Shown piece after piece: positions 38,983-54,685 of a stretch of 64,000 nt of DNA; within the stretch, counting starts at the first letter, position 1, and every line of letters begins with the position of its first letter. The translations under genes and the position numbers were made by a program. The notes beneath the pieces were generated by a model. That model had not been told where the DNA came from and searched no databases. It saw only the letters and a program-made list of their open reading frames with translations. Source of the stretch: Chrysomallon squamiferum (lineage: Eukaryota; Animalia; Mollusca); contig CM022669.1 in the NCBI GenBank assembly GCA_012295275.1, positions 5,394,001 through 5,458,000 on the forward strand, written 5' to 3'.

Positions 38983-41355
38983 GACGTCAATGCTGCAGTA
39001 AGAATAGATTTTCAAGTCTACACGTTTATTTAAACGAATTACTTAAATATCTGTGTCATACAGTTACTATTTTAAGATCAGTTTAAAGTATTAATTATTA
39101 TGCTAAAAAACCCACACAAAAAACACCTCTATTTAAAATTAATTGTTTTTAAGAATTGAATTTTTCTAAATAATAAACACACCTACATTTTTTTAATGAA
39201 AAAACAACAACAACAAAAAAAAAAAAAAAAAAAACAAACAAACAAACAAAAACACAAAAATAAAACAGATGATAAATAAATAAAAATAACTTAGTTTTAG
39301 TGGGGATGTTCTTTCTTACAACTGATATCGGTGATGTTGTGTCTAGGCGTTTTTATTTTTTTATTTTTATTATGTTTTTTTTGTTCATAAAGCTGTTACA
39401 AGCCTTTCGATACTGCAGCAGTCTCACATCGTTCTCACAGAAGTATCATTAACGTACTCTGTCGTTACTATGGTTTAATCCAATGATGGGAGAGGTGGGC
39501 CGCTGATAACCCTAGTGGGCGTTTGACTGTTTAGTGTGTTTTACGCTTGATCTTTTTTGGATGATGAATTGGCTTCGAGCTTCTCTTGTGCAAACGGTGG
39601 GCGTCTGACTTTTTCTCCGATAACTTTTCAGATTGTTGTCCTTAGTTTATTTTAATGTGTATTTCTGTGTGTGCTGTATTTCACAAAAAAAAAAGGATAT
39701 TCGCAGGAATGAATTTTCGATCAGTGTTTGAGTAGCTCAAGATTAAATCATTTAATGATCAATTAATTAAACTTTTATTTAATGTTTAAAAAATATTATT
39801 TATATTTGATTCGCTAATTCTAAAATTATTGAGAATTTAATAGGCCTTCTGACGTTACAGTGTTGAAAGTGGATGATATACAAAACAACAACAACAACAA
39901 CAACAATAAGAACAACAACAAGAACAAAAAGAACAGCAACAATAATAAGAACAAAAACAACGACAGTAATAATAAGAGAATGATGATGACGAAATAAAAA
40001 CAACAAAAACAATAATAATACAAATAATGTTGTTGCTGCTGTTTAAGATATTTAGGACTAAAATCATCTCTAACATAAACCGTTTCTTTAAAATATGATC
40101 TTAACAGGGATCAATTAATTGAACGTTTGTAAAAACTTATATATATATATATATTCGCCTATACTTCAGTTATTAAGTTTCGTCGGCCTTCTAACGTCAA
40201 AGCTGGACAAGAGTACTACAACAACAACAACAGCAACAACGGAACTATTAAGAAAGAAAACTTTGAAACATTTTTCAGAAATCGTAACATTCAAGCATTC
40301 GAAATTTCGTAGAAACTGTTTTAATTTGAAATGAGGTAAAATTAATTTTAATAGTTAGCAGTTAGGACATAATTTGTCTTTAACAAAGTTTCCCAAATAT
40401 AATGATTTTGTTTTCTTGTTGTTGTTTGCTGGGTTCTTTCTGGGTTAATGTATTTGCTGGTGTTGTTGTTGTTATTGCTGCTGGGTTTTATATCAAATAT
40501 ATTTATTATAATTAAAAAATAAAAATAAAAGTTATTCCAAAATTACTACAACAGAAAGTATTTACAATATATTAGTTTCAAGAAAGCTAAGATGATGCAA
40601 TTCATTTAAAAAAGAGACAGCCACAATGAATTTGACCCTCTCATTACTTTGGTCATTGAAGTTTTCTCAAAACAACACAAACAAAACATTTTACTTTCAG
40701 AATATAATTTTAAAGAATGGATCATGTTTTGCTAAACAAATAAAAATTGACTTGAACTACAAGAAAAAAACATTGGGTTCATACTTACAGTTTGTAAAAG
40801 TGTAAAATATCAAATTACTGAAGTAATTCCTCTGGTAAACTCTGGGTTACTCCAAAGTCACGTTGACGTACTGAATGACACATCGTCTCAGCGAGACTGG
40901 TATGGAAATCATCCAAACATATGTAACACAAACCCTTTCCTTTAAAGTCAATCTAACCGTAGCGATCTTCTGCTGTAATAGATACTACAATAACATACTG
41001 TTATAAGAACCTAGTTTTGAATTAGTAAAAACATAAGAGATCCATTGTAGAAAAGCTTTATTATTTTTATTTTCCTATTTTATTTAGGTATTTTTTGTAT
41101 TTTCTATTTTACAAGCAGTAGCAGTAGTACTAATAGTAGATGTAAAGCTGTAGTAATATAGTACTACTTGTTGTTGTTATGGTAGTAGTAGTTCTAATAG
41201 TAGATGTAAAGCTGTAGTAATATAACACTACTTGTTGTTGTTATGGTAGTAGTAGTATTACTACTAGCCTCTCCCTCATTTTCTTTCAGTGACTCGCTTT
41301 TTCTGTCCCCGTTTTAAATTATTTTAATATAAATATCGTTTTCTATCCAGTCGAT

Positions 41356-42490
41356 ATTTAAGAACAAACATAACGAGAATGTTTATATTCACATATAAGA
41401 ACAAATAGAATGAGAATGCTTATATTCACATTTAAGAACAAACATAACGAGAATGTTTATATTCACATATAAGAACAAATAGAATGAGAATGTTTATATT
41501 CACATTTAAGAACAAACAGAACGAGAATGTTTATATTCACATATAAAAACAAACAGAATGAGAATGTTTGTATTCACTTTTAAGAACAAATAGGTTGAAA
41601 ATGTTTATATTCACATATAAGAACAAATAGAATTTAGCTTTTATATTCATATTAAAGCATAAATAGAACTAGAATATTTATATTCACATTTAAGAACAAA
41701 CAGAAAGAGAATGTTTATATTCACATATAAGAACAAACAGAATTATAATGTTTATATTCACATTTGAGAACAAATATAACGAGAATGTTTATATTCAAAT
41801 ATAAGAACAAACAGAACTAGAATGTTTATATTCACTTTTAAGAAAAAATAGGTTGAAAATGTTTATATTCACATATAAGAACAAATAGAACAAGAATGTT
41901 TATATTCACATATAAGAACAAACAGAACTAGAATGTTTATATTCACTTTCAAGAACAAACAGAACGAGAATGTTTATATTCACATTTAAGAACAAATAGA
42001 ATGAAAATATTTATATTCACATTTAAGAACAAAGAGAATGAGAATGTTTATATTCACATTTAAGAACAAAGAGAATGAGAATGTTTATATTCACATTTAA
42101 GAACAAATAGAATGAAAATATTTATATTCACATTTAAGAACAAATAGAATGAGAATGTTTATATTCACATTTAAAAACAAAGAGAATGAGAATGAAAATA
42201 TTCACATTTAAAAACAAAGAGAATGAGAATGTTTATATTCACATTTAAGAACAAACGGAATGAGATTGTTTACATAAGAACAAAAGGAACGAGAATGTTT
42301 ATTGAAGAACAACTAGAATGAGAATGTTTATATTCACATTTAAGAACATATAGAATGAGAATGTTTATATAAGAACAAACAGAACGAGAATGTTTATAAT
42401 CATATTTCAGAACAACTAGAATGAGAATGTTTATATTCACATTTAAGAATAAATAGAATGAGAATGTTTATTTAAGAACAAACAGAACAT
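41356..42490. repeat. 37-bp minisatellite array 3 (~31 units)
   Basis: Same unit as array 1. Confidence 0.92.
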
Positions 42491-43172
42491 TCAGCAGGAG
42501 AAATTGTTTGGAAACAGAAAAACTAGAACGAGTAAGACACAAAACTACGTCAATGAAAGAAGCAGCATATTAAACTAGTTGAATAAAAAAACTGTTTTAA
42601 AAATAGGTAATATTTATTTTAAATCATGAATCGAAATTCAAGTGTTTGCTATTTACAAGTCCGTGATAGATTAGTGTGCAGTTGTTGTCGGAATTCTAAA
42701 ACCTTTGATATGACTAAATTAAAGAGGATCCTGAACAGATCAGATAAATCAATGTAAACATGTTATTATTATATCAGTAGTACGACCGTATTCGAGTATC
42801 AACAAGAATACAAAAAAAAAAAAAAAAAAAAAAAAAAAACAATATAAAATAACCTGAAATAAAACTATTTTTATTATTACTTTTATCAATTTCATTCCGA
42901 ACACTTTTTTACTAACGGAAATTTATTTTATAATTTCTTAAATGTGACCTTAAAAAATAATAAGAATGAAATCAAGATCAGACCTTTCTTGATAATATTT
43001 ACCTGTATTTCTTATGCAAGTATCTATGTATGTTTATATGTACGTATGCATTTATATTTGTATGTATCTATGTATATATGTATGTATGTATATTATATTC
43101 CTTTCCTTAGATTTATTTATTAATTTATTTATCTTTTGTGTGTGTATGTATGTATGTATGTATGTATGTATG

Positions 43173-43336
<164 letters not shown>

Positions 43337-43429
43337 CACATTACAATTTTAATATTGAATATGGCAGCAGGTATCCCTGTACTTCATAATGCTCTAATAA
43401 TTCTAATCTGTGTGAAAATTTAAGATAAT

Positions 43430-43468
<39 letters not shown>

Positions 43469-44546
43469 GTTCTGCGTTTGACAGAACGAACCTAGTTCAA
43501 GTCAGCATTGTTTCGGTGAAATTCAAACACATAAACAAATTCACTGCGGAAACAGATTTAGGACGCCAAATGTCTGGATTGGCTCTTCTTACCAGGTGAT
43601 TAACATACTCAAATATCTATCAAACAAACAAAGAATACATGAAGGGACAAATCGAAACTGTTTTAATTAGTAAAAATGTGATATTTTTAAATATTATATA
43701 TATATATATATATGTATGTATAAATGTCATTTTTGTTTATTTTTGTTTCCTCTTTTTTTGTTCTCCACGCCAGATCTGTGACATGTTATTTGTTTATCAC
43801 TTGAGCGATATGTTACTGTGTTTAATTTTTTTAAGTAATAAATACACAGTGTGATTATTATACAATGAAACTTTATGAGAAGTGAATGGAGTTTGCTTCA
43901 GTTAACATGTTTAGTGAATTATTTGTCAACGTCAGAGTGTAAAACTGTAGCAAACAGTATCATTGTTTGGTTGTTATTTCACAAATATTTTTGTGAACAA
44001 CACAAAAAAAAAGAAGACACGGTCTTGTTAGCAGCAGTACATCATTGATGTAATGCAAGGTTAAAAACAAATCGCGTCTAGGCGTATCATTTGTAAATGC
44101 TGACTCATGACTTATACCCCCACTCTCTGTTACCCTTTGACCTTTCCTCTGGCGAGTTCGGCGATACGGCGATAGGATGTATAAACTTACAACCAGGGTC
44201 TTGCCATGTCGTTGATCATTATTGAGTATTCAATATACTTTTGTTCATTTGAAATGCGAATACAAAGTTAAAAATAAAATGAATAGTAAGAAAAATAAAA
44301 CAATTACTAAAAATATGTTCTATGTTACATTTGAAGTTAATATTCTTCGTTCGACAAACATTTAATAAGGTGTGGCAATATGTGCTAAAATAATTCTGGA
44401 ATAATTGTCTATATCTTGGCTGTTTATTGGTTTCCCTAAGAAAAAGTCATAGACGGATAATAAATAATCAATTTAAAAAAATATATTTTTAATTTTCACA
44501 GACGTATTAACAGACGATCAGCTATGCAGTTCAGAGAAACCTTGCT

Positions 44547-44580
<34 letters not shown>

Positions 44581-45144
44581 ACACACATTTTGCTACTAGT
44601 TTGTTATTTATCATTGTTGAAACGTTGTTTGAATGCTTTAGTGCGCCACTTTACAGGGCGGCTTTGTATCATTTATGAAATATATTTTTCTCAGAATTTT
44701 CTGTTTAATAAATCCATGTCATTGTCATTCTGAACAAACTTTTACTAACTTGTAAATTTATTTTAAAATTTCTAAAATGTTATTTTAAAAAAGCAATAAG
44801 AATGAAATCAGGATCAAACCTTTTTGATAATATTTACCTTGGTACTGTATTTCTTATGCAAGTATCTATGTATGTTTATACGTACGTATGCGTTTATGTA
44901 TGAGAAAAGTATACTAAAACTATAATTAAATTGTTAACGATAACAAGAACAACATTAGAATGTAAATAGAAATTAGTAATTTATTACAACTCAAAAAAAA
45001 AAGCCACATCATTATAATGCACTTTTCGTTTCTTCCAATGTCATTTCTTAGATAAATCATATTATAAAAGCAAAATAATACATCTGTATACATCTTGCTT
45101 TTAAAATCATCACGATTCAAACCAATATAAGATAAACGATTCGT

Positions 45145-45390
45145 CAGCTGAACCATTTTAATATACGACTCATCAGATAAAGATATTTTATTATTAGAAA
45201 CGTGAGATAGACATTTTATTATTCGCGTCGTGACATAGGCCATTTTATTATTCCAGTCGTGAGATAGACCATTTTAATACACGAGTCCTGGTATACAATT
45301 TTAAAATACACGAGTCCTGGTATAATCAATTTTATATGACGTAAAAGTATTCTTTGTAAGATCAAAAACCATTTTAACATATGACGTAAA
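45145..45390. repeat. Degenerate ~29-bp tandem repeat downstream of copy 4 (shortened and rearranged)
   Basis: Homologous to 8290-8612. Confidence 0.6.
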
Positions 45391-45508
45391 GTATTCTTTG
45401 TAAGATAAACATCTTCTCAAGAATTTCTCAAGCTTATCTCAACATGGTAGATTCTCCTAATTACTGGAGTACATCTATCCAAATGTACAGAAAAACAGAC
45501 TGGTATTT

Positions 45509-46878
45509 TCAGTTTTTCTTAGCCTTAGCTACCTTAAATTCAGTCACGTCCATTACTGGACCTATTGGTGGAAGCTCCCCTTCGTAAGTGTTGAGCAATG
45601 TCAAGGCCAGAGACAACGCCTTCGAGCCGTTGTTAGTCAGTAAAACATTGCGAACACTTCGTGTCCACGTGTTGTGAAAAGAAGAAAGTTTCTTGTTCTC
45701 GTTGTCAATCAACACGTGTGGTATGTTGAGCAGCGTGCTTAAGATATGTCCGTGAAGACGATCAGTGATGACCACGCGTCCTCGCTGCAGAAACACAAAC
45801 CCGTTGTTCGCCATTAGGAAAGCATTTTCCATGGTTGTTGTGCCACTGGGCGTTTTCCAATTCAACCAGTCGGCTACGTGAACCGTTATATTGTTTGGCA
45901 TCTTGATTTTATCAGTCATGTAACCGGGACTCTCTGTATCAGTACGTTTCAACCAAAGGATGTCATATGTAGGCGACATGAAGCGACGAACTTCACCAAT
46001 CTGAAAAGCCATGTCCGGTGCTAATATAAATTTCGTTTGGTTCTTGTTCCAGTATTTCAGAGCGATGTTCAACGACTGTCTGTCTCTGAGAATTATCGTC
46101 AGGTTAGGATTACAGCAGTAAAGTTTTTTACACAACTCAAAGTGATTCCCGCTGTACACGTTGTGAGGAACGAAAATACTTTGAGGGAAAATAACTAATT
46201 TGAAACCGTCGAATCTTGGAATAATATCTCTTCTCACGTTATCACTGAAAGGGTATCCAACGAAATTCCCTCCTCCATGAAACAATATAACAAGTTCATC
46301 CTTGGAATATTTCTTACTTAATTTTTCCGCATATTCTTGTAACTGATGTTTTACGCAATCATAGCACAGACAGTAAAATACAAGTTTAATTCCCAGACGT
46401 CTTAGAAAGTAAACTTCACCAACTGTGATGGCAGAATCACCTTTGTTCTCAGAAGCTGAAACATCAAAGAGAAATGCGTATTTAAATTTACCTAGGATAT
46501 GCTGAAATAACTGAAACTGGATTCTTTGAGTTTCATGGATAACTTCTTTAGACGTAGACAAAAGAGGAGATAAGGAATTTGTATTGGATACATGATCAGT
46601 AAGATTCCAGCTGAGAAATGTTTCGTTTTCTTTCTTGTGTTCAGCCAAATAATTTTCATTCAGATCTGGATACAGCTGTTTTTTGTCCAATAGTTGAAGT
46701 GATTCAGCACCAAACGATATGTCCTGAAACTTGCTTCTGTATTCATTATTTAATCTTACAGGTTTGACTCGTTGTGTTTGTTGTACTCTGAATGAGAGAA
46801 CTGACATCCCAGTGAAGAGAAGAATTGAAAACAAGAACAGTTCCATTCGTCGAGTACAAAACTTTGGTTTCCTTGAAC
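45509..46878 (-). CDS. Polysaccharide pyruvyltransferase exon, copy 4
   Basis: Intact ORF 45509..46846 plus 32 nt to the acceptor; long stem and AKAKKN C-terminus. Confidence 0.88.
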
Positions 46879-47180
46879 CTGAAAACAGATTGCATATAAG
46901 TAAAGATGAATGTACATACAGGTTAACATTTATTGAAGTGTGAAAAAAGTAATAAAATAGATTTGTGTTTACTTTATGAAATCAAGAATAGAAATAGTTG
47001 TTTTCTAATAATAAATAAAAATTAGTGTTAAAATAAATTACTGTAAATGCTTGTACAAAGAAACGTCATGAAATATTTGTCAGTCGGTATACCCTTAACA
47101 ACAGCGACACAGAAACAAACAAATGAGAAAATATGATATTCATTCATGTTGAACACAGTATTAACGAACTACCACCTCAC
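46879..47180 (-). other. Phase-1 intron (copy 4, 302 bp)
   Basis: CAG|GTGAGG donor, ctgttttcag acceptor, in frame. Confidence 0.8.
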
Positions 47181-48180
47181 CTGAATCTGTAAGTTCCATG
47201 GTTTCATTACGTAAAAATTTTTCTCGTATGAAGATAACAAGTCCCAACATGCAGACACCCAAACCACTGAAGTTCCACACAGTCGCATGTCTTTGCCCAG
47301 ACAGGTAGAGTAGAAAAATCACAGTTATTCTTTTCAAGATGTTGCTGACGGCGTGACTCAACACAGACATGTACCGCAGCACCACGTTCGCAGACAAATA
47401 AGAGTAGACCACGTGGAGGATGCTGGATGACAGCACTGTAATCAGAGTCAACGTCGTTGTCGTAGGAAGAAATCCTTTCAGTTCGATAACATTCGTTACT
47501 AGCATTAACGTAGGAACACTAGCTGCAACATAGCAGATGTACACTACAGGACGCAGTCGTAGTTCCTTAGACTGTTGATGACCTATTTTCATGGCAACGT
47601 TTCTTGCAGCTATCATGATGTTAGATATGAATGCCATCACCGCACCTATGGACATCGACGACGTTACAAACGGGTTACCTGCGAACCCTACGGCACCGAA
47701 TACAATCAATGGCAGACTCACTATTGTTGATACAGATGTTGATGTCGTTAGGAAACTACGTAGTAGTAGTGCTGTGGTGATGGGTTCCATCAGTTTGATT
47801 GCAAACGTAGATGATGCGTGCATAAAAGCCATGCTGCAGTTTGTAGCGAAACTGCCTGCAATGTGTGATAGAATCATGACGTAGAACACGTTGTCATGTC
47901 GTTGCTGAACGTCCACAAGAGAATAACATGTCACACTTTGAAAGATTGTTAGAATGATGGACAAATAAAGTCCTTGACCTTGTACGTTGACCAAGTCAGA
48001 GTGGAGAAACAATCTGGCACATTGATGACAGAGATAAGAGGTCAACGTCCACGTGACGAAAACCAGTAGAATCTGAAGAATGAGAAAATTGGAAATGCAA
48101 ATATTACTTGATACATCTACACATTGGTCAAAGCAAATATACGAACTACTGTTCGTAGCTTTTTCATTGTTAACTATCAC
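47181..48180 (-). CDS. TPT/SLC35E-like transporter exon, copy 4; 5' boundary uncertain
   Basis: Intact with the same motifs; alternative acceptor at 48073/48072. Confidence 0.82.
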
Positions 48181-50104
48181 CTATACACTTGTATTGAAAT
48201 GTCAGCATATGAAACCAAAATACGTAAAAGAAATATGATAACTGGGATCTGATTTTATTTTTCAAGTATTTGAAATATACATGACTAAAATATTAAAAGA
48301 AATAAATAGCGATTTAAAAAATCTTTTTCTCGTATATCTGTGTGTGAATGTGTGTGTGTCTCTCTGTGTCTGTCTCTCTCTCTGTCTCTCTCTCTCTGTC
48401 TCTCTCTTACTTTCGGAGTGACTTGATCCATTTCAATGATGTTTTAAGCTGTCGTATTCAGTTTTTCACAGATAATGCTGATAGACCCTGAAAATAATAT
48501 AAATGTTGTAACAACTCTGTTTTTCTTGTTTCCATTCTTAAATTACAAGCCTTTCGATGCTAGAGCAGTATCACATCGTTCTCACAAAAGTATCATTAAC
48601 GTACTATGTTGTTACGATGGTTTAAACCAGTGATGGGAGAGGTGCGCGGCTGGTGCGACCTAGTGGGAGTTTGCCTGTTTAGTGTGTCATACACTTGGTC
48701 TTTTTTGGATGGTGAATTGGCTTCGAGCTTCTCTTGAGCAAGCGGTGGGCGTTAGACTTTGCACCGATACATTTTCAGATTTTTGCTCTGAGTTTATTCT
48801 AATGTGTATTTCTGTGTGTGCTGTATTTCACAAACAAAATTTATTTGCAGGAATGAATTTTCGATCAGCGTTTGAGTAGCTCAAGTTTAAATCATTTAAT
48901 GATCAGTTAATTAAACTTTTATTTAAGGTTTAAAAAATATTATTTATGTTTGATCAGATAATTCAAAAATTATTGATAATTTAATAGCCCTTCTGACGTT
49001 ACAGTGCTGAAAGTGCATGATATACACATCGACAACAACAACAATAACAACAACAACAACAACAAAAAGAACAGCAACAATAATAAAAACAGCAACAATA
49101 ATAAGAACAAAAACAACAACAAAATAGTAATACATATAATGTTGTTCCTGCTGTTTAAGATATTTCGAACTAAAATCTTCACTAACATAAACCGTTTCTT
49201 CTAAATATGATCTTAACAGAGATAACACACGTCAGAAACAATCTTCTATTGTAATGCACACCACAGTAACAAGCTTGTATAAGAGCAATGCATAGTTCTC
49301 AGTTATTAGGAGTATGAGAGAAAGAAACAGTTTTCGTTTGCTTTGTTTTATTTTATTTTGTCTCATTTTATTTTATTATCTTTATTTATTTATTTTTATT
49401 ACTACTACTACTGCTATTATTATTATTGTTATTGTTAATGTTCACGAGTTTAAATCGGCCTCCTAACGTCAAAGCTGGAGAAGTGTAATACAATAATAAC
49501 AACAACAAGAACAACAACAACAATAATAATAATAATATGAATGCGATAATGATAATCATAATAACAACAACAATAACAACAGCAAGAACGAAACAATTAA
49601 GAAAAAAAACTTTGAATACTTTTTCAGAAATCTTAGCATTCAATAGTATATGTTAGTTTCAAGAAAACTACGATGATGCAATTCATTTAAAAAAGAGACA
49701 GCCATAATGAATTCGACCCTCTCATTACTTTGGTCAATGAAGTTTTCTCAAAACATCACAAATAAAATATTTTACTTTCAGAATATAATTTTAAAGAATG
49801 TATCAAATCAGACCAAATCATGAAACACAAATCGTTTCCTTTAAAGACAATCGAACCGTAGCGATCTTCAGATGTAATAGATACCACAATAAAATACTGT
49901 TATAAGAATCTAGTTTTGAGTTAGTCAAAACATCAGAGATCCATTGTAGAAAAGCTTTATTATTTTTATTTTACTATTATATTTAGTTACTTTTATATTT
50001 TGTATGTTGTTATGGTAGTCGTACGATTACTATGAGGTCTTTCTCATTTTCTCTCAGTGAATCTCTTTTTCTGTCCAAGTTCTAATTCATTTTAAAACAA
50101 ATAT

Positions 50105-50817
50105 TTAAGAAGAAATAGAACAACAATGCTTATCTTCACATTTAAGAACAAACAGAATGAAAATGATTATACTCATATTTATGAACAAACAGAATGACAA
50201 TGTCTATATTCATATTTAAGAACAAACAGAAGGAGAATGTTTATATTCATATTTAAGAACAAACAGAATAAGAATGTTTATATTCATATTTTAGAACAAA
50301 TAGAACTAGAATGTTTATATTCACATTTAAGACCAAACAGAAGGAGAATATTTATATTCGCATTTGAGAACAAACAGAACTAGAAAGTTTATATTCAAAT
50401 TTAAGAACAAACAGAATGAGAATTTTTATATTCATATTTTAGAACAAACAGAATGAGAATGTTTATATTCACATTTAAGAACAAAGTGAACTAGAATGTT
50501 TATAGTCATATTTAAGAACAAACAGAATGAGAGTTTTTATATTTAAATTTAAGAAAAAACAGAATGAGAATGTTTCTATTCATATTTAAGAACAAACAGA
50601 ATGAGAATGTTTATATTCACATTTAAGAACAAATAGAACGAGAATGTTTATATTGTTATTTAAGAACAAACAGAACTAGAATGTTTATATTCACATTAAA
50701 GAACAAACAGAATGAGAATGTTTATTTTCACATATAAGAACAAACAGAATGAGAATGTTTATATTCAAATTGAAGAATAAATAGAATGAGAATGTTTATA
50801 TAAGAACAAACAGAACA
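50105..50817. repeat. 37-bp minisatellite array 4 (~19 units)
   Basis: Same unit as array 1. Confidence 0.9.
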
Positions 50818-51237
50818 GCCAGCAGGAGAAAATGTTTGGTAACAGAAAAACTAGAACGTGTAAGTGCTTCAGACACAAAACTACGTCGATGAAAGAAGCA
50901 GCATATTAAACTACAGAAGGAGAAAAACTGTTTTAAAAATAGATAATATTAATTTAAAATCGTGAGACAAAATTCAGGTGTTTGCTATTTCCAAGTCCGT
51001 GATAGATTTGTGTGCAGTTGTTGTCAGAATTCTAAAACCTTTGATATGACTAAATTAAAAAGAACCTGAACACATCAGATAAATCAAAGTAAACACTTCT
51101 TGAAATTAAAAACTCCAATTATCTGTTCACTTTATTTGAATAGTGGGGTTGATAACAACGCTGAAAGTATGAACTGTAAAGAGTAAATTACAGATTCTTT
51201 TCAGATAATGAGGAGATCAAGTCGTGAAAATTATTTA

Positions 51238-51325
51238 ACTGGAACTATTGGTGGAAGCTCTCCTTTGTAATTGCTGAGCAATATGATAAGGTCGAATGTC
51301 TGACGGTCTTGGGCATTAGCGTACA
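51238..51325 (-). pseudogene. Third copy of the pyruvyltransferase relic
   Basis: Matches 12730-12818. Confidence 0.55.
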
Positions 51326-54300
51326 TGCCTAAACGTATCGATTCATTGGATAAAAGTCCTTCTTTATAAATAAAATAGTTATTTTCTTACTCTTGACCTA
51401 AAATAAGTAACTACCGTGTTAATTATTTATTTAGCCCAAAATATGTCTGTCTAGCAGTTCTTTGTACCTGCATTTATCCTTCCCAAACAATAAACAATGC
51501 TAATCAAATTAGGTTACTTCCAGAAAAACAAAGCCGGAGTTTGTAGGTATCAGGCATTATCAATACGACCATGGTCGAGTACCAACAACAATAAAACAGT
51601 AAACAAAAATATAAAAATAAAATAAAATAACATGAAATAAAACTATTATTATTATTATCATTATTATTATTATTATTATCATCATCATCATCATCATCAT
51701 CATCATTCCGAACAATCTTTTACAAACTTATTTTGTAATTTCTTATATGTGACTTTTAAAAACTATAAGAATGAAAATCAGGATCAAACCTTTCTTGATA
51801 ATATTTACCTTGATGGTGTATTTCTTATGCAAGTATCTATGTATGTTCATATGTACGTATGCATTTATGTATGCATGTATATTATATTGCTTTGCTTCTA
51901 TTTATTTATTTATCTTTTCTGTGTGTGTGTGTGTATATATATATAATAGAAAGAGAGAGAGAGAATTATGGAGTTAAAAATTATAACAGATAGAATGATA
52001 ATATAAGGAAGACCAAATAAATGTGAATACCTTTCTGTTGTTTCAGTTACAAACCAGTAAGTATATTTCTACAAACACGAAACAGTTTTCCCTTCTTTTG
52101 CTGGACTCCAAGTCACCACTCAAGCAAGACATCTGTGTGGCAGCTACCTGTGTACGAACTGAAACGTTCTTCAAAAACAGATTTGGTGTCAGTTAGAGTA
52201 TCCGTTCACAGTCTGGGGACACCTACATGCACAAAGTCACGCATTCTCTCCGTTTATCTGTTTTATAGTTGTTTGATGTATCCGACGATTCATTAATACA
52301 TAAGGTAAGAAAATTAATTTAATTCATCTATACTTATATATATATGTGTTATCCGTTTGCAATGAATAACTGCTTTTCTCTCTCTCTATATATATATCTA
52401 TCTGAATGTGTGTGTTTATATGTGTCTTTATTAACATTTTTGTTGTTATTTTGAGTTCATCTCTCTCTGTTATTTTAGTTTTTTTTTATGTTTTTCGTTG
52501 TTCAGATCAAGTATAGAGATATGAAGTTTGTGTTGATAGACTTTGAAAACAGTATTTGAAAACTTAAATTTTGTATAGCATACTGCACTTGTAACAAATA
52601 TAGATTAAAAATGGCGAATTGACGTCAATGCTGCAGTAAGAATAGATTTTCAAGTCTACACGTTTATTTAAACGAATTACTTAAATATCTGTGTCATACA
52701 GTTACTATTTTAAGATCAGTTTAAAGTATTAATTATTATGCTAAGAAACCCACACAAAAAACACCTCTATTTAAAATTAATTGTTTTTAAGAACTGAATT
52801 TTTCTAAATAATAAACACACCTACATTTTTTAATGAAAAAACAACAACAACAACAACAAAAAACCCCAACAACAAACAAACAAACAAAAACACAAAAATA
52901 AAACAGATGATAAATAAATAAAAATAACTTAGTTTTAGTGGGGATGTTCTTTCTTACAACTGATATCGGTGATGTTGTGTCTAGGCGTTTTTATTTTTTT
53001 ATTTTTATTATGTTTTTTTTGTTCATAAAGCTGTTACAAGCCTTTCGATACTACAGCAGTCTCACATCGTTCTCACAGAAGTATCATTAACGTACTATGT
53101 CGTTACGATGGTTTAATCCAATGATGGGAGAGGTGGGCCGCCGATAACCCTAGTGGGCGTTTGACTGTTTAGTTTGTTTTACGCTTGGTCCTTTTTGGAT
53201 GATGAATTGGCTTCGAGCTTCTCTTGTGCAAGCGGTGGGCGTCTGACTTTGCACCGATAACTTTTCAGATTGTTTTCATTAGTTTATTCTAATGTGTATT
53301 TCTGTGTGTACTGTATTTCACAAAAAAAAGAAAAAAAGAAGGATATTCGCAGGAATGAATTTTCGATCAGCGTTTGAGTAGCTCAAGATTAAATCATTTA
53401 ATGATCAATTAATTAAACTTTTATTTAATGTTTAAAAAATATTATTTATATTTGATTCGCTTATTCTAAAATTATTGAGAATTTAATAGGCATTCTGACG
53501 TTACAGTGTAGAAAGTGGATGATATACAAAACAACAACAACCAGAATAAGAACAACAACAAGAACAAAAAGAACAGCAACAATAATAAAAACAAAAACAA
53601 CGACAGTAATAATAAGAGAATGATCATGACGAAATAGAAACAACAACAACAATAATAATTCAGATAATGTTGTTGCTGCTGTTTAAGATATTTAGGACTA
53701 AAATCTTCTCTAACATAAACCGTTTCTTTAAAATATGATCTTAACAGGGATCAATTAATTGAACGTTTGTAAAAACTTATATATATATGGTGTTCTTGTT
53801 GTTATTGCTGCTGGGTTTTAAATCAAATATATTTATTATAATTAAAAAATAAAATAAAAAGTTATTTCAAAATTACTACAACAGAAAGTATTTAGAATAT
53901 ATTAGTTTCAAGACAACTACGATGATGCAATTCATTTAAAAAAAAGACAGCCACAATGGATTTGACCCTCTCATTACTTTGGTCATTGAAGTTTTCTCAA
54001 AACAACACAAACAAAACATTTCACTTTCAGAATATAATTTTAAAGAATGGATCATGTTTTGCTAAACAAATAAAAATTGACTTGAACTACAAGACAAAGA
54101 ACATTGGGTTCATACTTACAGTTTGTAAAAGTGTAAAATATCAAATTACTGAAGTAATTCCTCTGGTAAACTCTGGGTTACTCCAAAGTCACATTGACAT
54201 GCTGAATGACACATCGTCTCAGCGAGACGGGTATGGAAATCATCCAAACATATGTAACACAAACCCTTTCCTTTAAAGTCAATCTAACCGTAGCGATCTT

Positions 54301-54685
54301 CTGTTGTAATAGATACTACAATAACATACTGTTATAAGAAACTAGTTTTGAATTAGTAAAAACATAAGAGATCCATTGTAGAAAAGGTTTATTATTTTTA
54401 TTTTCCTATTTTATTTAGTTATTTTTTGTATTTTCTATTTTACAAGCAGTAGCAGTAGTACTAATAGTAGATGTAAAGCTGTAGTAATATAGTACTACTT
54501 GTTGTTGTTATGGTAGTAGTAGTTCTAATAGTAGATGTAAAGCTGTAGTAATATAATACTACTTGTTGTTGTTATGGTAGTAGTAATATTACTACTAGCC
54601 TCTCCTTCATTTTCTTTCAGTGACTCGATTTTTCTGTCCCCATTTTAAATTATTTTAATATAAATATCGTTTTCTATCCAGTCGA

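Noticed and set aside
41356-42490. 37-bp repeats as a CRISPR array or a repeat protein
   Set aside because: Units are head-to-tail without unique spacers, the context is eukaryotic, there are no cas genes, and the 37-bp period gives frequent stops.
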